DNA of 62,940 nucleotides, the filler included, from Hyphochytrium catenoides (taxonomy: Eukaryota > Protista > Hyphochytriomycota), in the NCBI GenBank assembly GCA_900088475.1. It is 8 parts of 8 records of this genome, joined end to end, with 100 filler letters (N's around TTAATTAATTAA, not from the genome) between each part and the next. Parts side by side here need not be neighbours in the genome. Positions count along the whole stretch, not along the records: positions 1 to 16,487 come from FLMG01000161.1; 7 more parts are not named here. One strand, written 5' to 3'. A program made the position numbers and the translations under genes. The notes under the pieces are model-generated. The model saw nothing but the letters and a program-made list of their open reading frames with translations. It did no database searches and was not told the DNA's origin. This document shows, in pieces, positions 1-14,100 of the stretch. How positions within the stretch are numbered: the first letter of the stretch is position 1; each line of letters opens with the position of its first letter.

Positions 1-305
1 TCTCTCTCTCTCTTTTTCCCGAAGAGCTCATCTACTCATTTATCAATGATGGCCTCACGTCGGCGCCTCTCTGCCGTGGAAGGGTCCCAAAAGCACGCTT
101 TGTTTGAGCTTTCACTTCTTGTCCTGTCTTTCCTCGCTGTTCGGTGAGGTTCTTTGGAGCTGGAGCCAAGCCGTTGACAGGAACTTGAACAGCTGTTTCT
201 GAAATAGAGGTTTCTGAAGAAGCATCATTCAACCAATTCCTGGCCCAGACGGAAGCTCTCTTCCATTTAGCGCCGTGCCGAGACACTCATCTATCGCAAG
301 GAATC

Positions 306-1111
306 ATGAGCCTTACCGCCGTGCAACTAGACAAACGAGCTCTTCAGGCCACAGCAGCTGCCTCGGCACTGTTGGTCCTGAAGATGTACATCACCCTCTC
401 CCTCCAGGTACTACTGCTCCTCCTCCTTTCTCAGTGTCCCTGCTGTCAGCTAAGCTACCCCACTTGGAGGTTGAGCTGTTCTTCGTTAAATCAAGCCTAC
501 GATAGATTATAATGCTGACTGAGTCCGTAGGGAGCTGCTCGGATCCAAGCTGGCTCCCGGCCTCCGGAAGACCAGAAGCTCTTCCCAAAAGCAGGCAACC
601 AGGTATATGTCTAAGCTACAACTCTACCTGACTCCAGGTACCTCGCCACTCGTATCCTATGTGCAAACTAACACATACCACGATACATGCAGAGTTTTGA
701 TGGCTCAAGAAAGTTTGCTGGCAAGGAAGATGATCCCAAGGCCAAGTACCTCAAAGAGAAGGAGTGCCGTTGGCTGCGTATCGTCCTTAACGACCTTGAG
801 AACATCCCAATGGGGTTGGCTGTCGCCTGGGGAGGCCTGCTAACACCTTACAATGCTGATGCCCATACGGCTATGGTTCTCGCTTTCGCCATTGGCAGGT
901 GTGTGGCAATTCGAGTGATGTGCCTCGCTTTTTAAGTTGTGGACTGACATGTTTGGCCAAACTGTCTTTGGCATCTCTTAACAGAGTTCTCCACACATTT
1001 TCCTACGCTTATGGCCTTCAGCCCCACAGAGGCATCTTTTGGTTCGTCGGAGTCGTGAGTGTCGTTGGCATTGCAGCTAATAGTCTGGCTGGTGCTCTTC
1101 TCCTGGCTTAA
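306..1111 (+). CDS. MAPEG family protein (microsomal glutathione S-transferase / PGES-like), 4 exons
   Basis: Exons 306-407, 531-602, 693-898 and 985-1111 join in frame at GT..AG. The product has MAPEG motifs 'GSRPPED', 'RWLRIVLNDLENIP', 'GRVLHTFSY..GLQPHR' and four hydrophobic helices. Confidence 0.9.
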
Positions 1112-1857
1112 CGCTGGCGATAACTGTGACATTTTTGGGCGGCCGCTTCTGAAGCCTATCCGTGAGTTCACGAACCCACTGGACATTGCTATTGCTATTC
1201 TATTATCTTGAGCTAGTGTCCGTCGCAAGGGGGATGTCTATTACATCCCGTAGTGTAGTTGAACCGTAGGCTGACTTTGTTACGTTGAGCGTATGAGCAT
1301 CCTACCGTCAATAACCTACCTTTTAGAATACAAGAGGCTTCTCAACCTAATTAGACTGCATGGCCCAGAGGGTTGGGTTTGTGGCGCTCATTTGTGGGTA
1401 GCAGTGCTTCCAAAGCATTTGACATTATTGTTGTGATGTAGCTCTATAAGTACTCTCTTGGCTCGTACCACTGCGCTTTCAGTTTGACATGGGCGGAGTT
1501 CGCTTGGCATGGCATGATGACGTTACCATGTCAGCGTTGTCCCGACTTAGAATTAGAACTTCGAAGCCGTTCTTTGCAAGAGAGAGGAAGTAAGTTTTGA
1601 TAACTCAGCCCTAGACATTGAATGCTTGCCCGTGCCTACGGCTTTAAGATGACAAACGATTGCATACTTCGGTGGAACAACTATTGGATCTTTTATTATA
1701 GACTCTCCAACATTATTATATGCATGCTGTTAACCTTCACATGTGGGTCTCAGGATGTGAGAGACGTACACATCGGTCAGCAGTGGCTCGATAGTAGGCA
1801 GGAAGGTAAAGTATATCATTGACTGCCGAAGGACAATCTGCAACTCTCGAAAAAGGA

Positions 1858-2586
1858 CTATAGCAGTCGATCCTCATATGTAATCAATATTGCTGATAGT
1901 CCGAACAGTAACAAGTTGTATGTCTGATTAATCAATAGCAGCTTGCCGGACTTGCCCTCCCAGAAGTAATGCAGAAGGTCGCTTGCCAGTGTTAAGCCCG
2001 TAACCATTGCCGCACAAGTCAAGGATGATTGAACCGAGCCATCAGCAGTGCGTTGGATAGACTGCCAGCAAAGCAAAGACGGGTACATAGCATGAGATGC
2101 AGGGTTAATGGAAATGTTCAAGGAAGAGAGAGAGATAAAGACACTACGCCAGCAGGATAATAAGGGGGAAACTGACCCAAGGAGTAAGGGAGAACATTGA
2201 GTGAGACGCAAGAATCACTGTGACGGAAAATGAGTAAGAACAACTGAAAGGGACAAAGAGTATCTGCAAGAACTCTTTAGAGATGTGAAACTCTATTCCT
2301 GCACAGGACTTACCCAATAGAGTAGAGCATTGCCAATCCATGAGCCCGCGATACTGCCCATCATAGCTTTCTGCATGTCTACCGTAGGCTTCGCAAGGCC
2401 TTGCTTCTCTACTTCAGCTGTTTCCAACACAAGGCAAGAGCAACTCAGAAAATTAGGTCATGATGGACATTCGTACGCGATCTCACCTTGCCAGGTATTG
2501 CCGAACAGCGGCCCGTAGTAAAAGTAACCCAGCGGCTGAGTTGCAAGGGTAGTGAGAGAGACAATAAGTCCTGAGCGGAGCGACAT
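1858..2586 (-). CDS. DUF1761-like small multi-pass membrane protein, spliced
   Basis: Exon 1 reads MSLRSGLIVSLTTLATQPLGYFYYGPLFGNTWQ (donor GTGAG) and exon 2 AEVEKQGLAKPTVDMQKAMMGSIAGSWIGNALLYW (donor GTAAGT). The last exon ends 'HYFWEGKSGKLLLINQTYNLL'. These match the DUF1761 pattern 'W/Y-Y-G-P-L-F-G-x-x-W ... F-E-x-x-x-x-x-L-x-x-I-N-x-x-Y'. Internal exon boundaries are uncertain. Confidence 0.7.
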
Positions 2587-3895
2587 TGTTCTGTTGAATT
2601 GTCCTTTAGAGCTTGACGAGGGTAATGTATCTGCCGGTGTAATGTCGTTGTAATCTGAAGCTTTGATGGGATGTTTGCGGTCGAAGGTAGATTGGATTAT
2701 GCCATGCAACGGAAGATCTTTTATTATGTTGAGCCGCTCAGAACTTTGAAGTGCTATTTCACTGTTTACCTACCTTCCTTCTCTCTCTCTCCTCTCACTC
2801 TCTCCCTTTTTCATCTCCCACTAGGCACGCTCTAGCTTTAGCACTCTTCTGGCCTGCCTCGTTCTTCTCTCGTCATTTCATCTCTCTTTCTCTCCCCGCT
2901 TCTTCAGGCACGGGTGTATTTGTACCACATCTGCCCTCAACAGCACCCCCACATCAACCTTTGTCTTTCTCTAGTGGGGCAACGAGGAAAGAAGGCTGTA
3001 CAAGGGCAAGGTGCCCGTAACAACAAACACCTCAAATCCCATCTCATCTTCTTGAACCTCGTCTCCCTTCCTCATTCTTTCCTTGCCTCTTCTCATCAAA
3101 GAACAGCTTCCCACCAAGCCGCATTCTTCTCAAAGATCTCTGTCCTCACAGATCGGGACATAAGATCCCTGCGTTCCCTCCCCCGCCCTTTGCTCACTTC
3201 GGCGAACACTGCTCCCTACACATAGTGGGTAACGGCTTTAGGACTGTCTGAATAACCATAATCTGATTCCTTTGTTGATTTCTATAATCGCTGTAGATGT
3301 GATCTGCCGATTGATTCTCAGAACTCCGATTCTCATGATCTGTTCTGTAGGGCTTTTTACCCACTTGGACATAACCCGAATTGGAGCTTCTTGGCAGGTA
3401 CTTGTAAGAGAGAGAAGAAGACAGGAAAGTAAAAAGGAGGGGGAACACTGTCAATTACGGCGTATTTATAAAAAGGACTATGGCCTATTCCGTCCAGCTC
3501 TACATTCGGGCTCTTGGCCACGTCTATTTCGGCCCTATCCATATAGTTTCGGGGTTTTCTTCAAGTAATCAAGCCTGTTGTGGACTATCAATCAATATAT
3601 TGCCAAAGAAGAAAAGTGCAGCTGAAGCTTCTTCAATGGCAAACCTGAGCTGGCTTGCTGAGGAGATTCGTCTGCAATCTGCAGATCTGAAGACATGAAG
3701 GGAAGATTAAGAGGCATTCCGTAGGTCGAGGCGTGTTCTTCACTTTCTTGGAGCCACCCTCTTTTAAGGTTCAACAACGCGATAGTGTCCTCCTGCGGTC
3801 CTGCAGTAGAGGTATCTTCATAACCTTGCGACGCACGATTGGGGAGAGTAAGGTCAAAAGGCTCACTGGAGAGATAGCCGAGACAGCAAAAAAAC

Positions 3896-5856
3896 ATGGC
3901 TTCTCCCGTCGCTCATACGATGCCCACGGCTCCCACCATCTCAGAGATTTTTGCGCTGAGGAAGAGAGACGTACTCTTTCTTCTTGGATCCACGTCTCTC
4001 CTGCCAGGCTCCTGGTGGCTCTGGCATGGAATGACCGAATTGCTGAAGGAATATGAGCAGCAAGCAGAATCCGCAAAACTAGACAAAGAAGGACGCCTTC
4101 CTCAGCTTGCGGATCTCTCCATTGCCTTTGCCGCTGCAGTGCTTATGTGCCTTGTTCGGAAGTTGGTTGCCAAACCGTTTCAGGTATTCAATGGTCAGGG
4201 CAGCTAAGAGAGCCGATCTTCCACTTCCAATCGCCATATTTGCTGTTATCCTCTTTGCGCCTTCTTGCCCATCGGTCTGGTGTCGAAGTCCTTTTGCGTT
4301 AGCTACCCTTAGTCATTTGATGTATGATCGCTTCTTAATGCATCGTCTTTGGATCCCCATTGCAGGCCTTGGGAAGCAGGGTGCTGTCAGAGAAGAAGAA
4401 AATGGACCAAGAGCGCTTGGAACGCTTCGGCTCTGTGGTCTTCAAACTTCTGTACGTCTCAGATCAAGCTCTGGATCTGTCTTTCTCAGAACAAATTCTG
4501 GATCACTCTTTTTGCTGCGGCACTTGGTTTCTTCTAGGCTCAATCCCTGTGTGGTGTTATTATGCTTATGTCCTTCTAGCCACCTCACACTCTTTCTGGG
4601 TCGAGGTACACATCCTTGACTCTCCCTTCTTTCTTACTCACTATGGCGCTTCTCTACCCTATTTCTCTCTCTGCTCGTCTCTCTTTTACACTCCTTCACA
4701 TGGCCTGCCCCTCAAGTCGCCACTATCAAGTGAGCCTACGAGCAGTGTCGTCTCCTCACCTTGGCTAACTCTGCGCTTTTCTCTATGCAGNNNNNNNNNN
4801 NNNNNNNNNNNNNNNNNNNNNNNNNNNNNNNNNNNNNNNNNNNNNNNNNNNNNNNNNNNNNNNNNNTATCTCATACAGCTAGGCTATCATCTTCACAGCA
4901 TTCTGTATATGGTCTTCGTCTCGCCGCACAGAAGTGACTTTGCAGAGATGAGCTTCCACCATCTCTGCACTGTGCTGCTGATCTCCTGCTCCTACCTAGC
5001 CAATTATCTGAGGGTCGGCACTCTCGTAGTGTTTGTCCATGACGCCAGTGACCTAGTTGGATGTAAGGCTACTGGTCGTCCTCGCTGCGGCTCTTGTCCT
5101 AGATCTTCGCTCATCACTCTTACCTGTCTTTCTTGGAAGCTCCGATCACAGGTCCTCTATGGCTTCATTAGTTCTCCTCAAACTGCAACTATACAGACTC
5201 TGTTATATCAGCTACTGATTTCTCTGGCAATGGAGATCTTAAGTGCTCCTTTCAGTCTCTCCAGTCCTTCCTTACTTGCTTTGCTTAAGCCTTCATACCT
5301 CTCGCCATTAGGGCTTCTGTTTCTGACGAAGTCTGATTTCTCTTTCCTACAGATGCAGTGAAGAGCGTGGTGGACACCCCACATACCTACCTCACTTTCT
5401 CTCTCTACCTTGTCCTCTTGGTCACCTGGGGCTATCTTCGACTGTTCGTGCTCCCTGTACACATTCTCTACTGCACGTGGGTGGAGGGAGAAGGTGTCGT
5501 GCCGGAGGTGATCAGGAAAGGGATGAACCCCCTTCTGGTCTTTCTCGTCGGACTCCACTTCTACTGGTAAGAGAGGAAGCGTACTCCTCTCTCCATCCTT
5601 TACACTCTCTTTCATGCCCTCTCACCTCCCGTGCAAAGTATTCTTCCATATCCCATCTCTTGTCTCTGGCACTCTTTCTGCCTAGGACAGTATCCTTATG
5701 CTAAGGGCTTTACCTCTCTATTCGGTATGTGTCAGGTTTGGTCTATTTCTAATGATGGGCTATAAGTTCTTGAATACGGGGAAGACCGAGGATATTCAAG
5801 ACAAGAAGAGAGCAGCGGCCATAGAGCTGAGAGACAAGGACAAGAAGGACAAGTAG
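3896..5856 (+). CDS. Ceramide synthase (Lag1/TLC domain), spliced, spans an N gap
   Basis: Lag1 motif 'RSDFAEMSFHHLCTVLLISCSY..NYLRVGTLVVFVHDASD', plus 'RFGSVVFK', 'WGYLRLFVLP', 'LVGLHFYW' and 'GKTEDIQ'. Lys-rich C-terminus (KDKKDK*) ends at TAG 5854-5856. Confidence 0.92.
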
Positions 5857-6978
5857 CAGCCCTGTACAGGGCTACCTGTTGAGTGTCCTATCATAATATC
5901 GTTAATGTGGGTTTCGTTATAACATTTGAGGAAGACGAGCGCGAGGGAGAAAGTGGACGAGGATCGATGGGCCCACGCTATCCTTATGTGCTCTTCCTTA
6001 ATGCGATCTTTCTATCAGCTCTGTTGACCTCTCTCTCTCTTCTCTCTCTCCTTGGTATTTATTCTGCCTCCAGTGACTATTGAGAGTCAGCCCTACGAAG
6101 CAACAGTCTAAACTATAATGTCAGATGTAACATTAGTCTGAACCTTTGCTCTTCTTGCTCATCTTGTCTGTTCCTTGCTTGCCCTAGAGCTATAGAGGCT
6201 CTGACGATACACTTTCCACTTCTCGTTCTCACCATTCTTCAGGGTTCTTATATAATGCGGCTGTGTATCAGCTCCCCTCTTCACTACTCTTTTCGTTGCC
6301 CTTCCCAAGTCCATCAGTCACACTTTATAATCCGCTTCCGTCTAGTACTTGCTCCCTTTATTTCTCTCCCTTTAGTCTTTCCCTGTTCCTTTCGACTCTT
6401 CCTCTGGAGAATGTCCTATCATGTCAATCTGTGCATTAAATGTTTGCTGGTTGATGGGTCATTAGACCGCAACTATTGAATGATAGTAAGACGTAGAATA
6501 AATAAGCAAACAGAGGGCTGAGCTGCTCTTAGGAGTGGGGCCACGAGGGTAATGTGGCTTGTCTTGTCGTCTTCTCTTTCTCTCTGCTGTCAACCTCCGT
6601 TTACAAAGGATTAGTGGTTGAGGATGTCTTCCTTGTTCCTCCTGACGTCTGGGGCCGTTGTCTAGCGACGGGCTTAGTGATGTCCACTCCCCTGCCAGGA
6701 CACGAAGGTCAGAAGAAAGCAAAGAGAACTCTGACAGGTGGGAACAGTAATAACAAAGCGATCAGCGAACGAAGTCACTGAGGAAAGGGGAAGACCATAG
6801 TCCCAGAGCCTTAGTATGAAACAATTGCTTCGACAGAGCTTCTGGCTTACGTCATCTTCGCTCTCCAGCCTCCTGACGCTTCGTCTATCTCCATGTACCG
6901 CAAGAGACCTTCTAACTGTGACTCCTGGATTGAAAAGAGAGCCACCTTAGTAAGGTACATGCTTCTTCTCCCGACTAA

Positions 6979-8694
6979 CTAAGACAAGGCGGTTTTCCAC
7001 TCTTCCCTATCCTCTTTCTTCGAACGAGAGATCCGCCCTCGCGAGCGGCCTCTTCTTCCCCGCTCTTCCCAGCTCTCTACCATGTAGAGGAGTACGTTTA
7101 CTTCTGCAACCCTCTCCTATTACGGATTGCCTGTCTTGTTCCTCCTCCTGCTCACTAGCCATTGTTGCTTCACTTTTTGCTCTCTCTTTACTTCCGATGA
7201 GTTACCTGCGTGCAGTACTTTCCCTCTAACCGGTGCTGCTCTTGTCCGAATGCCTCTTCCGCTACTCTAACCAGGAACTCTAAGAACATAGCGAAGCCTC
7301 TCTCTGCTCCTCGAAGAGCTGACCACTCAGGTAGAAAGGACGCAGTAGAGGACGGAGGAGAGGTAGGAAGAGGAGCGGAGGCAAGGGCAGGAGAAGAGGA
7401 AGCCGGAGAGGGGAAGGGTGATGCCGTAGAGAAAGCTGGGGAAACAGAACCGCGCCGAAGTGCGGACTGGTAGATTGACGATAGCTGAGAAGCGCAGGAA
7501 GGGGAGGGCCAGGGATCATATGGAGACAGAGGTGGAGAGAGATATGAATGTGGGAGACGGGATTGGAACAGGAAGTCAATGTCAGTGAGCCAACAACTCT
7601 GAGGGTTCTTCTGCGGCGAGAGAACAAGTGTGGAAACATGCTAAGAAAGAAGAAGTAAATTTAGATGTTCCTGCTCTCTCCAGTTCACATTCCATTCCAT
7701 TGACCTACCGTTTGCTTGGCAATGAGTTTAGGTGAAAGATCAAAGTCTGCAGCCATTTTAGCGGTCTCTGGAAGCCTCAATAGCTCTTGTCCACCCGCCA
7801 GCCCATCAAATGTGGGCGCGGCAGTCTGTGAGCTTTGCAGACGTCGGTAGAAGTTGAAGATCTGACGCCACGAGGAGGAAAGGCAATTAGAAAACCAGCG
7901 TCTAACGAGGACAGAGTCAAATAGGACGACCACAGTGAGACGATTGACATGCGCACTAGCAGACGTTATGAAGTGAGATAGAGGTCAGGGTCCTGATGCT
8001 CTTGACAACCACGATAGTATAATGCCAGCGAAGAGAAGTAGGCGATGGCCACAAAGAGACATCGAAAAGCTGATAGAGAGAGTTCAGACGGTATTGCAGG
8101 GCTCTTGGCGCCTGTCACCTGGTGCAATGGGCGCTTGTATTTCTTGTTAAGCAGCAGCGACTGGGTCTGCAGAGAAAGAGAGAACTCGCTAGACTTCTTC
8201 GTGGCTAATGAGGGCATATGCCATACAGGGAGCACAGAACACTTATCAGCAAAAGTTACGCCCGAGTCACTGCGCGAAGGAGGAGAGCGGGCTTCACTTC
8301 TCTCCTTCTTGGCTCTCTGCAGCTCCTCTCAGTTCTTCATCTTTCCTCTTTCAAAGCCCTCTCACTCACTTGCATGTCTCCCAACAGCGTCTGTCTCTAA
8401 CTCCCTGTCTCCTTACGAAACCTCTAGCATCATGTCAGTTGCGTGTACCTTGGAGGTCGTAGCCAAGTTTCTTGGGAGTCCTCTTGCTTGCCATGGCAGC
8501 CCTGCCCTCATCGTCTCCCAAGCCTTCAATCCCTGCTCTTGATATCTGGCGCCATGCTGCAAGCAACGGAGGAAAGAGAGTGCGTGTCTCAGTTAATTTA
8601 TTCCTCGTCAAGCTTTAGTCTAACCTACTTTGCCAACTTCCAAAACCTAGTTCGATGCTCTCTCTCTCATCTCCCTCTCTCTTCTTTCTCTCTA

Positions 8695-8759
<65 letters not shown>

Positions 8760-11700
8760 GTCTCGCTCGTTCTCTTCTTCTCTAACTCTCTCTGTCATAT
8801 TAACATTCGGAATACATCTTCTGTCGCCCAATCTCTCCCTTTCTCATCTCACTTTCTCTCCCTCCTCTCTCGTTTTTGACAGACAGGCATTTCAACTTCT
8901 TTCCCTCCGCTCTCTCCGTTCTTTATATCCAAGGGATTAGAGTCTCTGTACCTGCTGTGTCTGTCACCTTCATAACCTCAAGAAGAAAAGAAGCTATCTT
9001 GTCTACGGCTGTTTGGACCTTCTTGCCTCCTTCCGCTACTGCTTTTCCCTCTCTCGCTGCAGCTGCAGGACCAGAAGAGAGAGAGGCAGAGGTGCTTCCA
9101 CCTGATTCTCCTTTCGGTCTCTGCGGCAGACCTCCAGCGACGAGGGCAAAGCACCCCAGAAGGTCGACGAACCCTCGATAGGAGACTTGGACTGGCACAA
9201 GTTCAGGCGGAAGGGTAGAAGAGAGAGAAAGAGAAGGGATAGAAGAGGAAGAGGGGACTGGCTGGGCGATGTAGAACTTATCGTGCTCTGTGTGTCCCTT
9301 GGCAAAGAGAATAGTCCTGCTCTCTGCAGATCCTTCTCCATCCGCCTTAAGAGCAATGCGACAGATATCTAAAATCTCTTCCTCTTTCAGAAGCGCTGGG
9401 ATGACGGAGAGATCTCTGAGCAGCTGGACGAGAGAGGCCAAAGACATCTTTGGTGCGAGTGCGCCCTGACTCGCTGCAAGCAAACCAAGATTGGGGAAGA
9501 GGAAGAAAGGGAGCGGGAGGAAGCGAAGGCAATGAGGATGTCACTATAGCCAGGGAGAAAGAGGCAAGAAGCGGAGACAGTCCGAGTAGGTCGAGATAAG
9601 CACAGAAAAGTGAAGTAGGGCAGAAAGCCTTCAATATTGCAGAAACATCAAAAACAGAAGCCGCAGGTAAAAAAATTGCCCAGAAAGAGGGAGGAGAGAA
9701 AGAGGGGGAAGTAAGAGGGGTGGAGATGGGAGAGAGAGAGAGAGACAAAAGGAGAGTAGTGCTTCACCTGTCGAGAGGAAAGTGTCCATCTTGACAACCT
9801 CTTTTCCGACTGTCACCATTCCTCCCTTCATCTGAGAAACAAAGAGAGCCTTATGACTGATGTTTGGATTCTTTCGTCTCTTTGCCCTCCCGCTGTTCTT
9901 TGTAGTCACGGGTCGCATCTTGTACAGCTCTCTCGTTCTCCTCTCTCTTTCTCTCCCCCTCTTTCTCCCTTTCTCTTTCTCTCTTTCTTTACCTCTCTCT
10001 CTCTCTCTGTCTCTATCCCTCTGTCTGTCTGTCTCACTCTTCGCTTCCATAGTAATGACCCTACTGTTCTTGGTCGAGTTGAACAATCTCTGGCTCTCTT
10101 TTCTCTCGCTTTCTCATTTCCTCTTGCTCAATCACTCGCTTCTATCTCCTTCGTCTTCTTGAGACTGTCTCCCCTTACGCTCTCAAGCTTGTCTCTCTAG
10201 CCAACTGGCCAAAAGCTTATTATCCAGCACTCACCATCCGCGCCCCGAAGGCTTTGGTGTCAGCATAGTGAGAGAACAGTTCGTAGAGAGCAGGAGCAAG
10301 CTCCTCTGCTTGAGGGAGAGCGGAAAGTGGAACACCGCCTTCTTCGTATAGAGGATCCTGCACGCACATCAAGGACTGGAATACTGCCAGCTGTCCAGAG
10401 AAAAGGGGAAAAGAGCAAGGGAGCAAGGGAGAGAGGGAGACAGTGGTGAGAGAGAGAACAAAAAGCCGTCATGAGAGCTGCACCTTCAAATGAATGGCTT
10501 TGCAAACCAAACCTCAAAGTTTGAAGAAGCCCATCTTACCCGTGCCTTCTCCTTCTCCTTGACCTGCTTTCGAGCTTTGGAATTCGTGCGCTTACCATCA
10601 TTACTAGCTCTGTAGAGAAGGAAAGAGAGTAAGGTGACCTTTGTCCTGAAGGTAAAGACAGGTATTACGGACTGAGAATAAGACAGAGAAAGCAATGTCG
10701 TGACTATAACGCGGTCAGCGGAAGGAGAGGTCCCGAAGAGCATAACTTAAACTCATTGAACTGAACAAGTAAAGAGCTTGCAGGGTTATGGAGCTTACAT
10801 TGCGATGCCATTGCCGTTGTTGGCGGCTCCTGCTACTGCGAAGTGGGAATGTGAAGGTGGGGAAGAGAGGCGAAGGGTGTGAGAGAACAGTCATTTAGTG
10901 GTGAGACGGAGAGACAGGCAGAAGAATGAACAGCTGACAGTCTGAGCTAGCTGGACCTCGGCGTGAAATGAAGAAAAGTCACAGGAAATCTTGCATATGC
11001 CCTCAGCCAGGCAGAAGTGTAGACCGATAGTATGGAGATGCTGAGAGGGAGATACGGAGGTGGACAAGATACCGAGGCAACGACAGGTGCAGCGGCCAGA
11101 AACAAGGAACCACAGACGGAGATAGAGTGAAAGAAGGAGGGAATAGAGGAAACTTTGACCCTGAAGAGAGGCACAGAGAGGGACAGGAGTGGAACCGATC
11201 GCGAAAGAGGTTACGAGCACGGAGAGAGAGAGTTTGACTCTATGGATGACATGAGAAGAGCGAGAGCGAGAGCGAGAAAGAGAATGGGAAAGAGAGAGAG
11301 AGCGAGAGAGAAAGAGAGAGAGAGAGAATAAAGGAGAGGAAGGGAGACTCACCCACTGCTCCTTTCGACTCCAGTTCCTTGATAACCTCACGGAGCTGTT
11401 GCATCAACATTGCGATGCGATGTAACGAGTGAGGAGAGAGACTAGCTACCCTAAAATGCAGGGCAGACAGGATGTCAGAGATCTACAAGGAACTATTATT
11501 GGCCAGGTGCAGCACCTAGCTTAAGAGAGAAAAGACTAACAGGGACGGGGAGGAGAGACTGTGTAAGACAAGCTAGGAGACAAGGGCGAGACACATAGAG
11601 AAGGCCGATCCAGAGACATGAGAGGAAGAGCCGAACCATTAGGTATGAAGAGATGTACAGCTAAAAGAGTAGAAGCAAACAATAGACATGGCGTCAAGAA

Positions 11701-14100
11701 AGAGGAAGAAGAGTAGCAGAGATAGAAGTTGCGCTCTGAGGAAGATTGGCTAGACAGAATCTTAAATTAAACCCTGAGATCCCGGAGAGATAGAGAGCAG
11801 ATAATAGGGAGACAACAACGCAAGAGAATGAAGGAACACACAGATAGAGAATGAGTCTTCTAGGGAGAGGCGAGAGCGAGACGACTCACTTTTCGTACGC
11901 AGCTTCATATTCAGTGGTGGCCAGGGTCAAGGCTCTCGTCATGTCTCCCAAGAGATGGAAGAGCGCATGAGAGTAGAGAAAAGCAATCTGCAATCGAAGC
12001 TCTAGGTAGAAAGAAGTAGAGATATGAGAGAGAGATGCCACTAGAGCGCGCATAAGATAACAGAGATAGGGCCAGAAACAAAGGAGCTTTAGCTAGATAA
12101 AAGATTAATCGGAGAGAGAGAGAGAGAGAAGGAGAGGAGGAGAGTAAGAGGAAGCGGGACACGAAGCAAATCGGGAGAAAGACAAGCAAAATGATAACGT
12201 TTCCCTGCTAACCCCAAACCCGGTTGAAGAGAGGCAGTTATACGTCTCCTTGAATTAGAAGAAAGAAAGGGAAGAGACACGCCTACCGTTGGTGGGTTCA
12301 AGATGCTCTCTCGCCAGTATAACTGCCTGCTCAAAGACGGAAGCTATCTCCCGCTTCAATCTGGTGCTTCGCACAGCCTCTTCCTCTCCTTCCTTCTCTC
12401 TCTCCTCTGACTGCACTTCCTCTCCTCTAGGATTTGCCTGGACGTTGGCTGTCTCCTTATCTTGTCTTCCATTCAAAGAACGTCTTTCTCTCTCTTTCTT
12501 CAGCTTTAGAGCTTCTAGTTGGTTAACATACTGCTGGGCCAGCCTGATAAGGAAGAGAGCGGGAAAAGAAAAGAGAAGAAAAGAGAGAGACAATACAGTG
12601 AGAGGAAGAGAGAGATGGAGAAGAGAGAGATGTCATCGAGAAAAAGACAATGAGGGGGAGAGAAAGAGGTGGAGAGAGAGAGAGAGATCTTCACTTATGA
12701 TAATGATAAGCAATAAACGTGGTTGGGATAGAAGGATATGAGAGGGAGAGAGGATACAGAGAGAGAAGGAAGGCAAAAGACAGGTCTTGCCGAAGGAGTA
12801 CAGACTGGATGGACTGACATCATAAGGTAGAGACACCGCGCTTCCGGAGGGAAGGTAGAGAGAGAACCCTCTACGTCCTGCTCGTCTTTCTCTCTTCGAT
12901 TCAATGGATGAGAGAGGGAGACAGAGGTGGTCGTCCCAGAAGCGTCCAGGGACACAACTGCCGCTGGCTCCAAAGGAGGCAGAGAGGATGGAGAAGGAGT
13001 GTCGACTGGAGAGAGAGGAGAAGACGAGGAAGGGACAAAGCCTCGAGAGTTCTTTGCCAGTCTATGTCGCAGAACAGAAGCTATTTCATCGCAGATCTCC
13101 TCATAGTCCTGCCGAAGCTGCTGCAGCCTGGCGCTCCCGTCACTAAAGAGAAATGACAGAAAACGTCAAAGGGTATTTCTGAAGAATGAGAGGACCAAGA
13201 GAGAGAAAAGAGAGAGAGAGACATGCACACACACGCAGAGAGACAGGGGCAGAGAGCGAGATAACGTGACAGCGTGGGGTTAAAACGAAGAGGAAGAGGG
13301 AGAGATAGGACAAGGAAGAGGGAGAGACCCAGAGAAAGGCGAGTGGAGGCAGAAGATGTCAGAGAAAAGGATGTTGCAGAATTTGTCAGGGAGTGGAGAC
13401 GGAGAGGAGAAGCAGAGGACGACCTTAGAAGAGGGAAGAGTAGGAGAAGATGGGTAGAAGAACCCAAAGAGAGAGACGGAGAAGAGAGAAAGTGAGAGAC
13501 GGAGAGAGGAAGAGAGAGAGAGAGATGGAAGAAGTGAGAAAGAAGCGGAAGATCATTCGTCAGCTGACCTCATCCTGTTAGCTATTGCTGAGGACAATGG
13601 TGGTCTTCTTTCAATCTCCAGACCTGTGGGTTCCTCTCCTTCTCTCCACAGCCACTGCGCAGCATCGTCTTCATTCTCCCTTTGTCAGAGCATGGGCCAC
13701 GCGGTCTTTCGACGTCCGGAGAAGAGGAAGGATGTAGGCTGAGGAGGACGGGGAACGGAAGAGAGAGAGACAGAAAGAGAGAGAGAGAGAGGAACGAAGA
13801 GAGAGATGGAAGCAGCAGCAAAGAGAGAGGACAAGAACAAAAGCGAGAAGACAGAACCACGAATCCCCAGACCAGCAAAAGACAGAGAAGGGAAGAACGA
13901 GCGGGACGGACACAGACCACTTAGGACAATCAAACGCTAAGGGAGAGCAAACGAAAAAGACAGGGCGGATTCCGCTGAGCACAGGAGCTGGGACGAAGAG
14001 AGACCTTTGGAGACTAAAACAGACCGAGCGGGCCAGCCAGCTGAGAGATAAAGACGACAGGAAGAAAGAAAGAGAGGAATGAAGAGAGAGTGCGAGCGAG
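6979..14100 (-). CDS. Large multi-exon hypothetical protein with degenerate EF-hand-like helical repeats; 5' end uncertain
   Basis: Coding-like exons separated by microsatellite-rich introns: 'LYELFSHYAD', 'MSLASLVQLLRDLSVIPALLKEEEILDICR..VSYRGFVDLLGCFALVA', 'WRQIFNFY..KMAADFDLSPKLIAKQT', 'FAMFLEFLVRVAEEAF'. Probable last exon ends 'WKTALS*' at 6979. Exon structure is only partly resolved. Confidence 0.45.

Noticed and set aside
1234-1822. Possible LYR-motif micro-exon gene (MSITSQYKRLLNLIRLHGPE..)
   Set aside because: Splice donors are weak, and a unique full-length model could not be built.
3100-3697. Possible minus-strand multi-exon gene divergent from ceramide synthase
   Set aside because: Exon-like segments exist, but phases are inconsistent and no family is recognised.
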